NCBI RefSeq assembly: GCF_036321535.1
Contig: NC_087436.1
Coordinates: forward strand, 59,584,001-59,648,000
Reading direction: 5' to 3'
DNA: 64,000 nt
Source: Camelus dromedarius
Lineage: Eukaryota
The first letter of the stretch is position 1. Every line of letters begins with the position of its first letter. The position numbers and the translations under genes were made by a program. Shown here piece after piece: positions 51,714 to 63,984 of this stretch. The notes under the pieces were generated by a model. It worked only from the letters and a program-made list of their open reading frames with translations. It was not told the DNA's origin and did not search any database.

Positions 51714-51750
<37 letters not shown>

Positions 51751-54700
51751 ACCCCTCAAACCTCTCCAGTTCTTTAAATGCTTACAGAAGATCAGGACCT
51801 TGGAAATGGTACTATCGGCACTTTAGAAAAATAAGGAAAATTTAAATAATTATTCTAGATCGCTGCTAATAGGCAAATATACTCTAAAACCCCATTTTGG
51901 AGAAAATTTTGATACTTTCTCTGTGCCTTTGAGATGTAAATTTTCTCCACCATCTTGTAAATTTTCTACTCCATTTTCTCTAAGACCTAAGAACTCCTTG
52001 GAATGTAAACTTTAGGGAGATATTTCTCATTAGAAACAGAAGGAGCTATTTGGAAAATAAGCAAATGAAAAATTTCAAGTGTCTTCTTTCATACATATTA
52101 GCAAAAAAAAAAAAAAAGCATTAGCCATCTCTGTGGACAAATGGTCAAAAACACAATTTGGATCAAACTGTTCTCTTATAAAACAGTGAGTTTAGTATTG
52201 TACCTGACTTATGGCTAAAATTTTAGAATGAAAGCTATAAGATCTGTTTGCATCTGTATGTGTATATATGTATATCTATATATATATGTTGTAGATGAGT
52301 GATATTTTTTCTATCTCCAGATGTTATTGCTAAAATTAACTTTCAGAAGAGCTCTATTTAATTGGCCTAAAATAAGTGCTTTATAAGTTAAGTATTCCTA
52401 AAACTCTCAGAAATAAAAACTAACCCCAGTTTTTTTTTTAAATTCACATCATCCAGAGTAATTTTCTGTTAAAAAAAAAAAGCTAGTTGAAGTTTGTTGG
52501 TTTAATTAAAATAGACATATTTTCATTGTTAACATTAAATATTACACAAACATAATTCTCATTCTACCTGGGTTTAATAGTCAAAGAAGTTCATATTATC
52601 TGTTACAAAATTTGTCAGCAGGAAAAATAGCTTCATATGATGGCTGACTTTGTTTAATGTCTCAAACTATTTGTAGGTAATTTAAACAAATTGTTGATAA
52701 CAACTGATTTAGATGTAAGAAGGATAAGAGTTTTTAGTTGAACTTTTCAGTAATAATTATGTATTATGGTATACCTACTTTAATATTTTCCCAAATCCTT
52801 TTGCTAACTTTAACCCTTAGAGTTTTGCTAAGTTAAATGATATAAATTTATTGAATATCTCAATTATTTCCAAATAAGGTAAATTATTAAACATTACATT
52901 CCTGAACATAGGTTTAGCTACTTTTGGCTTCCTAATACACAGGAACTAACTACAAATCTTACACATTTAGATTTGTTAGTAAACATCTCTTGTGCAACAC
53001 TGAAAGACTGTATTATTAAAAAGAACACATGCTTCTAGAAATTATAAAATGGATTAATTTGCAAATTTAAAGAATGCTGTTGTAACATACAGTTCACAAT
53101 TGCTTACTTTCTTTAGTTTTTTCTATAAATTAACATGTATAAGCATTAAGAATTATTGTTACTAAGACTACTAAAATTAAGGAAAACAACTCTGCATGTA
53201 AGGAAAGTAAGATGTATTTTTGGCTAAGAAAATGTATGAGGTGTAAAATTCCTAGAAATCTGATATATACTGGTATAAAGTTGTAATTTGTAATTCTATT
53301 TATAGTCTTAAAATGTATGCCACAGAAATCACCAAATATCTTTTTCAATTAAACTGATATGAACTCTCATCAGATCTTTAACCATAGCTATTTAAGTACT
53401 TTTTGATTTGCAAGCAGTTACTGTTTTACTTCGATGCTTTTGCAAAAGTGATTAATCCTCAAGGAGATTCATGAAAAGGACTCTAGCAAGTATATCAGAA
53501 TACCAATTCGTGATAATTTAAGATCATGAAACTCAACTAGGTAAGAATTGCCAGAAATAATGGAAAAGCTGGATTAAAGCAGGATGAGATTTAATAACAT
53601 GGGACTGAATAAATGATGAAGATGAATGTAATTTTTACAATTTTTTGTTTTAAACATTGCTGGTTCTTTAATGTTTTGTTTTTCTAGACTTAAAGTTAAT
53701 CTTTTTCTTTTCTCTTAAGCTAAGTATTAATTATAGCAATTTGGCAAATTGTGTCTTTGTGAATAAAGATGAAACAATTATTTTTTCTCCCTACCTGATC
53801 CCTCCATAATTCAGAGATTTTAAGTATTCTTATGTTCATGGCACTGTATTTATTTGCATAAGTTAATTAAGAATCTGTTCTTGTTAACAGGACAAAATTA
53901 GAAACATTGGCTATATTACGAAGGCTCTGACTGGAGTGTCATATTTGAGAAAGTGCATACAATCAGATATGACCAGACAACTTTAAGAAACTAAGGTTGA
54001 CTTTATGGAGCCGATAAAGCCCCTTGGAAAACCAGCCTGGTACCTTGCTTACAGGGTTCCCAGCACCTTACCAGGTGAGTAAGGAAGGTCACTTTCTGGC
54101 AGGCACAGAAACCTTGAGATATTTTTAGACCTTGAGAAAAGGTCTAAATTAACTCAAAACTGTACGTATTGAGGCAGAGTGTGATGGCAACTTTTTCACT
54201 TGGCTTCCTAGCCTTGAGGCTTTTAAAATTTCAATCAGATTATTTATTAAAATAGTTTCAGCAAAGCAGATTTAAAAAGACTGTAGAGCCAATCACTATT
54301 CTTGCTGCACTTATGTAAATAACCAGATGAGCCAAGTTTAATGAGACTAGACTTATTTTACAAACATTTTAGTCTTCCTGTGATTATCTTTAGTAAAAAT
54401 GAGGGTGATTATGGAGGGAAAATCCACACCTTTGTGGATTTTAGATTCTAGTCATATTTATTGTCTTAGAGGTTTTGATTTTTGCCTGTAAACTGTACTG
54501 GAACCTGAATTCTTTTAGTTTCCTCAAATATCTTGCTACAATTCTCCAAGCTCATTTTCAACTTCTCCCATCCTTCTAACCTGTAATGACTGAAAGAAGC
54601 CCTTTCCTAAAGCTCTGCAAACCCAATGTGAGCCACCTGATATAAACTTTCAGGGACATCTCTACAACAGCTCATGTATAGTAGATAAGCCTCCATGTTT

Positions 54701-55602
54701 GTTGACACTCAGAAAGTTTACCTGAACACCTGATAACATAAGAGACATTCTGATAACATCAGAGACAAAAGATGCTTTGAGACTGACATCTAGAAAATTG
54801 ACTTAGATGCCCCCTGGACTCACACTGAGTTACAGTTTGTTCTGATCATTAATCTGTCTTTTAAAATAGACTTGCCTCTTACTAAACATAATTGCTAGCA
54901 CTGTATCAATCTAACACTGGAAACTCCTCTTCAAGATCACCTTCTGAAATGAGACACAACAGTTTAACTTGACTGACCTATTCTCAAGAGTAAGACACTG
55001 GTTCAATGAAATAATGGATCATCTTATCTCAGTTTCTGGGCTGTGGAATTTCTTGGGGGAAGATTTAAAGGTAGGATTGAAGGGGAGCAGAATTTGACTC
55101 TCTGAAGTATGTCTCTTTGGCATGAGAATCATCTTAACTGACTGTTTCTAAGGAACTGCAGACAAAGGAGAACCTCTGAAAATTAAGTAAAAGTTACCCT
55201 TTTGTAAGAGACATGTATATTTATAAGGGAAAATCTCCATTTATAAGGGTGTTTCCCTTTCTGTACCCAGAAAAGGAGGATGAGTTAACCTCTAGAAAAT
55301 TTCATCAGTGGAGAAGTTACCAACTTTAACATGTATAACAACCATACCCTTGTTTATGGTGCTTTTTCCTGGTAACCTCCCATAACTGGCCTTCCTGCTG
55401 TCTTTCTTTCTTTCTGTCTTTAGCTAGAGAGAGTATTTAAGATGGTAGCTTAAGACATTTCAAGGAGTTCACTCAGTTTTCCTGTGTATCTCCCATCTAT
55501 AGCAGATGTATACATGTTACTAAACTTTTGTTTTTCTCGTGTTATTCTGTATTATAATGGGGTCTCAGCGAAGAACTTAGAATAAAATTATCCTCCTCTA
55601 CA
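49488..55602 (+). mobile_element. ERV1-type provirus (MER34/MER39-like LTRs): 5' LTR 49488-50020, internal 50021-55077, 3' LTR 55078-55602
   Basis: Two ~530-bp direct repeats ('gagcagaatttg...tatgtctctttggcat', both ending 'ctaca'); PBS-like 'tggtgacccatgatgga' from 50024; purine-rich 'aaaggtaggat' before TG at 55078. Confidence 0.9.
51300..51815 (+). pseudogene. Decayed retroviral gag remnant (capsid C-terminal region and zinc-knuckle trace)
   Basis: ORF 51404-51613 (FVECLIQILQKHTALNLKAPEYRNLLISILVGNLPDTKQIE) resembles the gamma-type capsid C-terminal region; 'tgc...agatcaggaccttggaaa' resembles a Cx2C..GHW knuckle. Confidence 0.6.
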
Positions 55603-56856
55603 CAAGTATTCTCAGGTCCCCAGATATGAGTTAAGTAGTTGAGAAACTTTTTGATAGAGAAAGAACATTATAGGGGCTCATGATCTTAACAGATATTATC
55701 TAATTTTGTGCTGCTAAAATCAAGTTACAAGTAAGTAAAAGGATTGTCAGAACAGCAGACATCACAAGAAAACTAAAAAAAAAAATGAAGTAACTTAATT
55801 AAATCTGATAGCCTGGGTAAACAAAGGCTCAACCACAACAAAATAAAAAAGCTATCAGTCTGAATAATGCAAAAAGTAAAGTACTGTCACATCTTTATAC
55901 TAAGATGAAAATTGTTATCATTATCATTTCAATTTAGAATATATGGTTTTATGATTTCTGCATATTGAAAAAGTAATGGTTTAAGGGAGCAAATGTGACT
56001 ATTACCTTTAAAAAACATTTAAATATTAATTTATACCAAGTATAATATAATTGGGTTACAAATATACTCAGCTAATAGTTGTATAAATCCAACTTCATCA
56101 TACTAAAATTCAAAGACATTTAAAATGTATTAGTGTACAGTGTGATTTCTGTTATTATGTACATACACAAGTTAATAAATTTCATGTAATCTTATCTTTT
56201 GTATTAAGTACAGTATAGTAAATAAAAGATTCTTTTTTGTACCTATGTCATCAGGTCTGTGTGCATGTGTATTCAGAGACTGTGTTTGTTTTATTTGTAT
56301 ATTTATCTATATAAATATTTTTATATTCATATTGCAAAGACATATGTATACATACATATATTTAAAGAATACATTTGCTTTTGCAGGATTTTTCTGATTG
56401 TAGACCACATTAAAGGAAACTACTTCTTTCCCTAGAAATGAATATAAATCCCCAAAGATTTACATTGAACAAGTACTTGAGCAAAGTCTTAGAACTTAAA
56501 GACAAATTATGATTAGCTACAATTGCATAATGTATTAGAAATAGACACCGAAAAATGCCCGTAGTATATACATAGTGTTTTCCTCCGAGGGTGGTAAAAA
56601 TTCCTTCAGAAGGGACTCCTTGTCATACAAGGCCACTTAGCATACTGGAAAATACTAAAAAAACACTTTTAAAGTTTTCTAAGGAAAATACTTGAAATTT
56701 TGGAGTTAGATTTCCTGTAGAGATGGCAATCTATGAGATGAAGTAGAAGTAGGTTGGGAAAAATTCTTTTCAACAAGTATCTACATTTCTTCTCTTTAAT
56801 CAACATTATCACTGAATCAACACAATTTTTAGCAAATATAATCACTATTACTAGGA

Positions 56857-57258
56857 TAAAGGGGAGCAAAATATACTACCCCAAAACATGCCTCTTTGAC
56901 AAACGGGTTTTCAAAAGCTGGTTATTTTTAAGAAACAGACACAGAGAAGCTCTAAAAAAATGAGAAGCAAGTTACCCTTTCCAAGAATTTACATTTTTAA
57001 GGGAAATCTCCATTTGTAAGGGTTTTTCCCTCTCTGTACCAGGAAGAGGAGGATGAGCAAAACTCTAGAAATTTCTACCAATAAAGAAGGCACCAACTTA
57101 AATTTGCATAACAAACTATATCCTTGTTTACTGAGTTTTTCCTGGTAACTTTCCATAATTCCCCCCCCCCTCCCCCGCATCCCCACCTTCTGTTGCCTTC
57201 AGATGGATTTAAGGTGGTGGTTTGGGCCATTTCAGGGAATTAACTATATTTCCTCCCA
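56857..57258 (+). mobile_element. Third, 3'-truncated LTR of the same MER34/MER39-like family
   Basis: Shares 'aggggagca', 'ctccatttgtaagggt' and 'cctctctgtaccaggaagaggaggatga' with the proviral LTRs but lacks their last ~120 bp. Confidence 0.85.
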
Positions 57259-57265
57259 TAAGGTT

Positions 57266-57466
57266 ATATAAAGTATTTGTGGGTGTACTCTTGTTTTAAT
57301 GAATATTTTACAATTATAAGAGTTTTCATAGTTAACACTTAGCGTTGCTATTTTCCCCATAAGGATTTCAACCACAAATTTCATTTAACAAAAGATTTAT
57401 CAGTTAACTAATACCAATTCTATGTAGTCAGAGCTGAATTAAAGACCTGGAGACATTCCAGGAATG
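57266..57466 (+). repeat. Dispersed direct duplication, copy 1 (copy 2 at 60869-61070)
   Basis: Collinear ~200-bp match; the last 64 bp are identical. Confidence 0.93.
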
Positions 57467-58299
57467 ATCTAGCTCCTAAAGATGCAGGATTTTTAAAAGA
57501 ATCATTCAAAGCAATACTGTGAAGGGCAACTGCACATTGTCACTCATGTTTTAAAATCACTGGTTGTCTATGCTGATTTGCATTTAACACATATTCTAAA
57601 AGGCACAGAATAGTCATTGCAAAATATTTGTTAGATATAATAAAGCAATATAGAATAAATCTGGAGGATAGCAACATACACTTCTGTATGATTTTGTGAA
57701 AAAAGTAAAACACTTACTGATTTGTTAGATTTTTAGAATTATAAAAATATTAGAGTCTTAGTTAATCTATTCATTTAATTTTCACCAAGTAATTATTGAG
57801 TGCTTTCTCTAATTGTTTACTTTTAGTGGTACACCTCTAATAAATGGGATGTGCTGATATATAATGAAGTCTAAATTCCACTCTGCCTGGGCTGGAAGAA
57901 GAGTGGTACACACACAGAGAGAGAAGAGGGTGGAGAGACTGCATGCCAAAAAAGGAAGAAGAAAAGTACATGTAATTTACATAGTGTAGTTAATTAGACT
58001 GAGCTTTCTTCTCAATGCCGGTGCAAAGTGAACATGACCTCAGAGGCTGAGCAGGCTGTTCTCTCAGTGGTCTGCGTTCCCCTAGCGTGAGTCTCTTGAA
58101 TCACTGGTCTGATTCTAGGGTTTAATGGTCCAGAAAGTATTTTTTTTTTCCTTTTTATCATATTGCAGAGCCTCTAAATGAAGCCAACCAAGGGCTGCAG
58201 CCAAGATACATCAATTTGTTCTGACTGAGGGCCCTCGAGGGGTTTTCAAGGAGCATATCACAAAAGGATTTCTGACTAAAGGGGTGTTCACTTCACCTC

Positions 58300-58600
58300 C
58301 TTCCGGTCTCACATCTCACCCTCAGATCTGCCCAGATCACTCTATTTAAAATTTCTGATCACAGCTTTGACCCCACACCTACATTCACAATTATCTTTTC
58401 CCTGTGCCATTGTTCTTTTTCACATTGCACTTATCAGCTTCTAACAAACCATGCACTTTACTTACATGTATTCTCTGAGTATAATAATAAAACTCAAGCT
58501 CCACTAGGGAATATTTGTGGTTTGGTTAAAGGGTGTATCTCAAGTACCTAAGAGGGCTTGGCTTCCAGGGGGCACTTAGCAACATCTGTTCAAGGAACAT
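58300..58600 (+). mobile_element. L2 3' fragment
   Basis: 'cagatcactctatttaaaat...ttgcacttatcagcttctaaca...aagctccactaggg'. Confidence 0.55.
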
Positions 58601-60868
58601 ATGTACAGATTTTCAAAAGTGATGCCCTTAGAACATTACCACTATATAAACTGTTAGTCCTGCATTAAATATAAACAGCACCTGTGGCAGATGATCATGT
58701 ATTTTTAATCAATGTTCCTGTCTGAAAGTTATCCTCAATGCAATATGGAAAATTGTAGTTCAAAAGAAAACCTGGAATATATCATTCAGTTTTTAAATCT
58801 GATATTTTTAAACTTGTGGGAAAAAAAAGTATCTGAGGTAAGTAAATATAGCTAAACGAAACATGATGAGGGGAGATACTCATCTACTAAATGCTGGAGC
58901 ACACTGATGCATGATCAGAAGTGCTGAATTTAAGAAAGATGATAGCAACAAATGGATCTAAAATAGATTGAACAAATTGCAGTTTATTAGCAGCTAGATG
59001 AGAGAGCCTAATTGATAGTTATTCAATTTTTAGAAATGGGGTTAATCCATAAGCTGACATAACATATTAATATAATACAATATTCTCCTGCTCTAATAGC
59101 TAATAAAACAACTATAGTAAAAACTAATCATTCTTATTCCTTACATGATGAACTATTTTCATATTTGTTAGAATTCCCTGCACACTACTAACTATTCCAA
59201 GGAGGGCTCCAAAATTAAATCTAAGAGAAGTAGCATAGATTGAGAATACACAGATAATTGCATGAGTCTTTCAAAATGTGTATTCATAATGTAACTAGTT
59301 AAGGAGAACCCTGCATTTATAAAGCAATTCCCACCATTTGGAAAATGTGTTAAAGTATTTGAAAACTAGACAATGGTGTGAGCATACATTTCCAATCTGA
59401 CCCATGCTTAACTCATACATGACTGAGACAAAATATGTGTGACATCACAATTTGGTCAATTTTCAATAGCCAAATGAAAACCATTCATGATATTTAGACT
59501 AAGTTATTAATACTTGATGAAACACCTGGTAACTTTAAAAACTCAAAGAAAATAAAGACAAAATATTCCTAGTTCGATGCTAACAAGCATTTCTTTTTAA
59601 ATATAAGTGTAAAATATATGTTAATAAAAGAAAGAACTTTTTAAAACTTCAGTGCTTTTGTCTTGAAGAGCAATCTAGAGACCCTGTGACTGTTCTGAGT
59701 CAAGTTCAGGCACTCATGGAAAGAAAAATTTACACTTAAAGTCAATCAGCCACATTTAAAAAGACAATCTTCTGCAGAACAGCAAAAGGAAGTTTAAAAA
59801 AAAGTCCATAAAGATGTCAAGTTAATAAAAGTACCTGATTTTTCTCAGCATCAGAATATAAAATCTTCACTGTAGCATTTTGGTTATTCATTCTCAATTA
59901 TTTAAATCAAAATATTATTTGCAGTAGTTCAAACTATAAAATGTTTACAGGCAGTATATGTGCTTTGTTGAAGTATCTATTCATATAGTTGATGTAATCA
60001 GAAGAATCTTGCCTACGTCTTAATGTAATCTTATAATCGGCAAGATTGCTACTTGACTGCATCTATTCATCCTCTATCCTGTTTTAATAACACAAGTGAC
60101 ACCTAAGAAATTATTCTTTGATCTTTCAATAAACTAAGCCTGTGCAGACAGAGGAGGGTGAAAGAGGTTAAATTGGCATTGATTATTTAAGACACATTCA
60201 TCATTTATTTAACAATCTCCTTCATCACTAGTATTGTGTTTATAGGCTCTTGCTAAGACACTCTGAATTTATTTTTAAGTAATTCTTGCCCTGTGCATTA
60301 GAAATCGGAGCACATTGTACTCTAACATTAGTTTCAAGTCTCCTGATAAATCTGTTGCAGACTAGAAGCTGTTTACTGTACAAATCTTTGAACTTACTCA
60401 CTGTAGTGGATTTTTGGAAATTTCTCTTAATAGCTTTCATAATAATCAATATCTTCTGTGGATTCTATTTCCTATCTTAAGCAAAATATGTAGCAACAGC
60501 TGCCTTCCCAAGGATATTATATTAATAGATACTTGTAGTCTCTTATATTCTGACATTCATATCATTGAAACATCATCCATAGTGGTCCAAAAAGAACAAT
60601 TTGTAGCTAATATTGGCAGCTTTAGCAAGAAAAGAGGAGTACAAAAATCATCTATAATGTACAAAATTTCTATAAGACTTTCTAGTATTTTTTCTGACAA
60701 ATACTATTGAAAATTATCAGTAAATATAGTATAGATATATGTGGGTATATGTATTTGTGAAAAATTAAAATGTCAGACTACACTTTCCTGAGAAAATGTG
60801 AACAAAATGTTAAGTCAAAGGACAATAAGTGATTCCTACTGCATATAAAATGTGACAAATCACGGAAA

Positions 60869-61070
60869 ATATAAATATTTGTGGATGTGTTCTTTTGTTT
60901 TAATGAGTATTTTTACAATTGTAAGAGTTCTCATAGTTAACACCTAGCCTGCTATTTTCCCCAATAAGGATTTCAACCACAAATTCACTTTATAAAAAGA
61001 CTATCCGTTAACTAATACCAATTCTATGTAGTCAGAGCTGAATTAAAGACCTGGAGACATTCCAGGAATG
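60869..61070 (+). repeat. Dispersed direct duplication, copy 2
   Basis: Matches 57266-57466. Confidence 0.93.
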
Positions 61071-63434
61071 TCTATACATAAAGTACAGGAAATAAATTTC
61101 AGTCAGGAAAAAAGTTACACTACTGATGAATAATATTCCAAACAGTCATAAAATTCATCACATTTAAAATGCTTTCCTTATATCTAATTTATTTATTTAA
61201 AGTATTTCCTTCCCCAGTTTCCTTCATATAAATTGCCCTAAAGTCTATTATGACAATTACATCTAGTTACTGGCATAAGATTCTATATGCATATATTTGG
61301 TAATCAATTTGCTGATGCTGATGATTATGTCCTGGAATACACATCACCAGGAAGTATAAAATATGAAATCTTTAGATTATGTTAACAACTACCCAAATTG
61401 TAAGAGACACTTGTACAAGGGGATCTTTTAAGTACTCACTACCCCCAAATTATTATTCTTTAACCTTAATTTTATCCAGTAAAATACATTGAGCTCTCAT
61501 TGTCAGATATGAAAAGGAATAATGAAGAATCAACTATGATCATGGTTTTTATTTTTAATTTTCATTTACATGGTTGGAGAACTAAACAGCACTGATACAA
61601 GAAATTTTGTGAAAACAAGGGAAGTTTGGAGCATAGACAGGCAAATGCATAGAATTTGCTAGTAGCTATAGCTTAGTGTCTTCCCACAGGTACCATTCAT
61701 TTTTAGCCACCATTTCTCACTAGTTGTCATGAACAGTGTTCTAGATCCCTTACATTTTATTTTATATTCAGTCATTCAGAAATTTAGAATTTAATCTCCC
61801 AAACATCATTTTCTTAAATTGAGTATAATGGAATAATTGAATCCAAATGCATAAGTATGTTCCTTTTGCCTTGCTGTAAGAATAAACTACTTAAAAAAAA
61901 AAAAAAAAAAAAAAGACCAGACTTACACAAAGAATGTGTGGTAGCGAACAAGTGATTTCACTTTTCTGGAACTCAGCTTGTTTGAAAATTGAGGGCACTG
62001 AAGTAGGTGGATTCTAAGTTTACGTACAGTTCCTGTGTTGTATGAATTCATGATGAAATAAGATTTAATGGGAACTATGGGTTTATTGTTCTTATTGGAT
62101 AACTCTCTGGCTTGCACATTTAAAAATACCTGAGTTATTAATTGTAAAATACACACTGGTTTTATATCCTAGGGACTTAAATGGAAATAATATAAATCAA
62201 AAAAAAAAAATTTAAACAGAAAGAAACCTCCAAAAGAGATAAATGAGTTATTGTGGTAAATCTGTGAACTTAATAAAAATCATTTCTTTTTAAAACTATG
62301 CAATTAACATCATTTAAATAATATACAACACTGGCATTTAGGAACCACTGAGGTCACAATATTGATATCTAGAAAATTTAACTATCTAGAATAAACATAT
62401 TAAATCAACGTAAGAGTAATTCAAAAGAAAAGCATAGCTTTTAATGTTTTTAAATTAATGCACATAAATATCTGAAAAATTTTTGCTGGAATTCCAAACT
62501 TTGGCTTATTTCCTAATAGAGACACATAGCTTTATATTAAATATATTAATATGCTTTGTAAGGCAGCAGAAAAGTAATATCCATATTTATGTTATAATGA
62601 CACGCAGATAAACTTACATTTTATCATTATATCCCTTTGTAACACTTAAAATTATCTTTATTCTACTAATACTTGTCAATGAAGTGCTAAAAATAATGTT
62701 TTTAAAAAAAGAGTTCTCACAAATGTTAGATCCAAGACAAAGAAGGTAATTCCTTTAGGTTTTCATCAAAAGGAAATTTAAAGTCATGAACTTAGGTAAA
62801 GTGAAAATTTCATAACTTTAAGGGAAGATAGGTATTTGAATCAAAGTTGCCCGAAATCATTTAGCGTTACTAGAAGCAATCTCGTATTAAATTTACAATC
62901 CTATTTTGACAGTTCAACCAGTATTTCACACTATGAAAACATGCAAACTTTCAATTAAATTAGTTCTGCAGCCTGATTGAAGCCCAAGAGCTAAAATAGT
63001 CTTGTAAATTTCTCTACAAAGCTGTTTTCTTTTATGCGCCAGAATGGAAAAATGATGTGCTTGGCCCTTGGTGACTGCAAACCTAACTTTATTAAATTGG
63101 TAATAAATAAATTAGTACTTTCTTAAAAAAAAAAAATTGTGCTAGTATGCGAATAGGTCTTTTACACATGTCTGCAAATTCACTAATTCAGAAGACTGTA
63201 TTAGAGATGTTGGTTTAAAAAAATTAATAAGACATTGGTATGCTAGTCTGTGCCTGTAATTATCTTTTTCAGTCCCAGAAGGTATTTGGGGATTATTTAA
63301 GAGCAAAAGATGAATGGTGCACCACTAAATCCTATTAAATCAATGCATAGACACAGCAGGAGCAGAGGTAAATAAGCTGTGGAGGGCTGAATACCAATAA
63401 AAAAAGATAAAAATGATTTTATATAGCTACTCAC

Positions 63435-63512
63435 ATCATAGCCTAGAAGTTCAGTTTGTGTGGATTTATCTACTTTTGAAGTAAAAGCCTTCTGTAAATG
63501 CCGGACTCTTTC
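63435..63512 (-). CDS. CCSER1: Internal coding exon of CCSER1/FAM190A (coiled-coil serine-rich protein 1), 26 codons ERVRHLQKAFTSKVDKSTQTELLGYD; probably the orthologue of human exon 9
   Basis: Minus strand reads polypyrimidine tract + ttgcag|GAA AGA GTC ... TAT GAT|gtgagt, i.e. a canonical acceptor and donor around 78 nt, phase 0-0. The peptide matches my recollection of human CCSER1 (ERVRHLQKAFASRVDKSTQTELLCYD). Exon number is from memory. Confidence 0.9.
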
Positions 63513-63947
63513 CTGCAAAAAAAGAAAAAAAGCAAAACCAAAAACACATTGTTGGTGAGTCGTGTGCTTCTCCACGAATATTCCCCACTTATTAAAATCT
63601 GATTACTGTACAACTCCTGATTCTCTGTGTGTGCACTTTGCCTACCATCTTAAATATTTAGAACTTTAATTTTCAGGTCATAATAACTCCATCTTTGGCA
63701 TTTTTTTTTTCACTCCAGGAACCACTGAGTCAGAACCACAGTTGAATGCTACAGACATGATGTGCTTAAATCCAAGACCAAATGCTTATGCTATTATTTC
63801 TTGTTAAACTGTTTTATTTTTAATTAATTTGATAGGATTTTACTGATCTGGTTTTCAGAGCATTTACATTTAATATCCAAAACATTTTCAATAAATAATA
63901 CCATCCAGTGGATTCCATTTAGTTTGTTTTTATGTTATTATTTTTAT

Positions 63948-63984
<37 letters not shown>

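Larger units (their letters stand above)
1..63434 (-). other. CCSER1: CCSER1 intron downstream of the exon, extending beyond the left edge of the window
   Basis: Begins at the GTGAGT donor (63434-63429). I recognised no further CCSER1 exon by eye. CCSER1 is known for very large introns. Confidence 0.75.

Noticed and set aside
54730..54767. 20-bp tandem duplication (ctgataacat(a/c)agagaca)
   Set aside because: Ordinary slippage inside ERV internal sequence; two units only, not an array.
63297..63575. 92-aa ORF as a stand-alone gene
   Set aside because: Only the 26 codons between the AG and GT splice sites are CCSER1-like; the rest is intronic read-through.
63951..63981. Poly(T) runs here and near 17415 and 51717, and poly(A) near 61893, as retrocopy tails
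   Set aside because: No adjacent recognisable retrocopy body or TSD, so treated as simple homopolymers.
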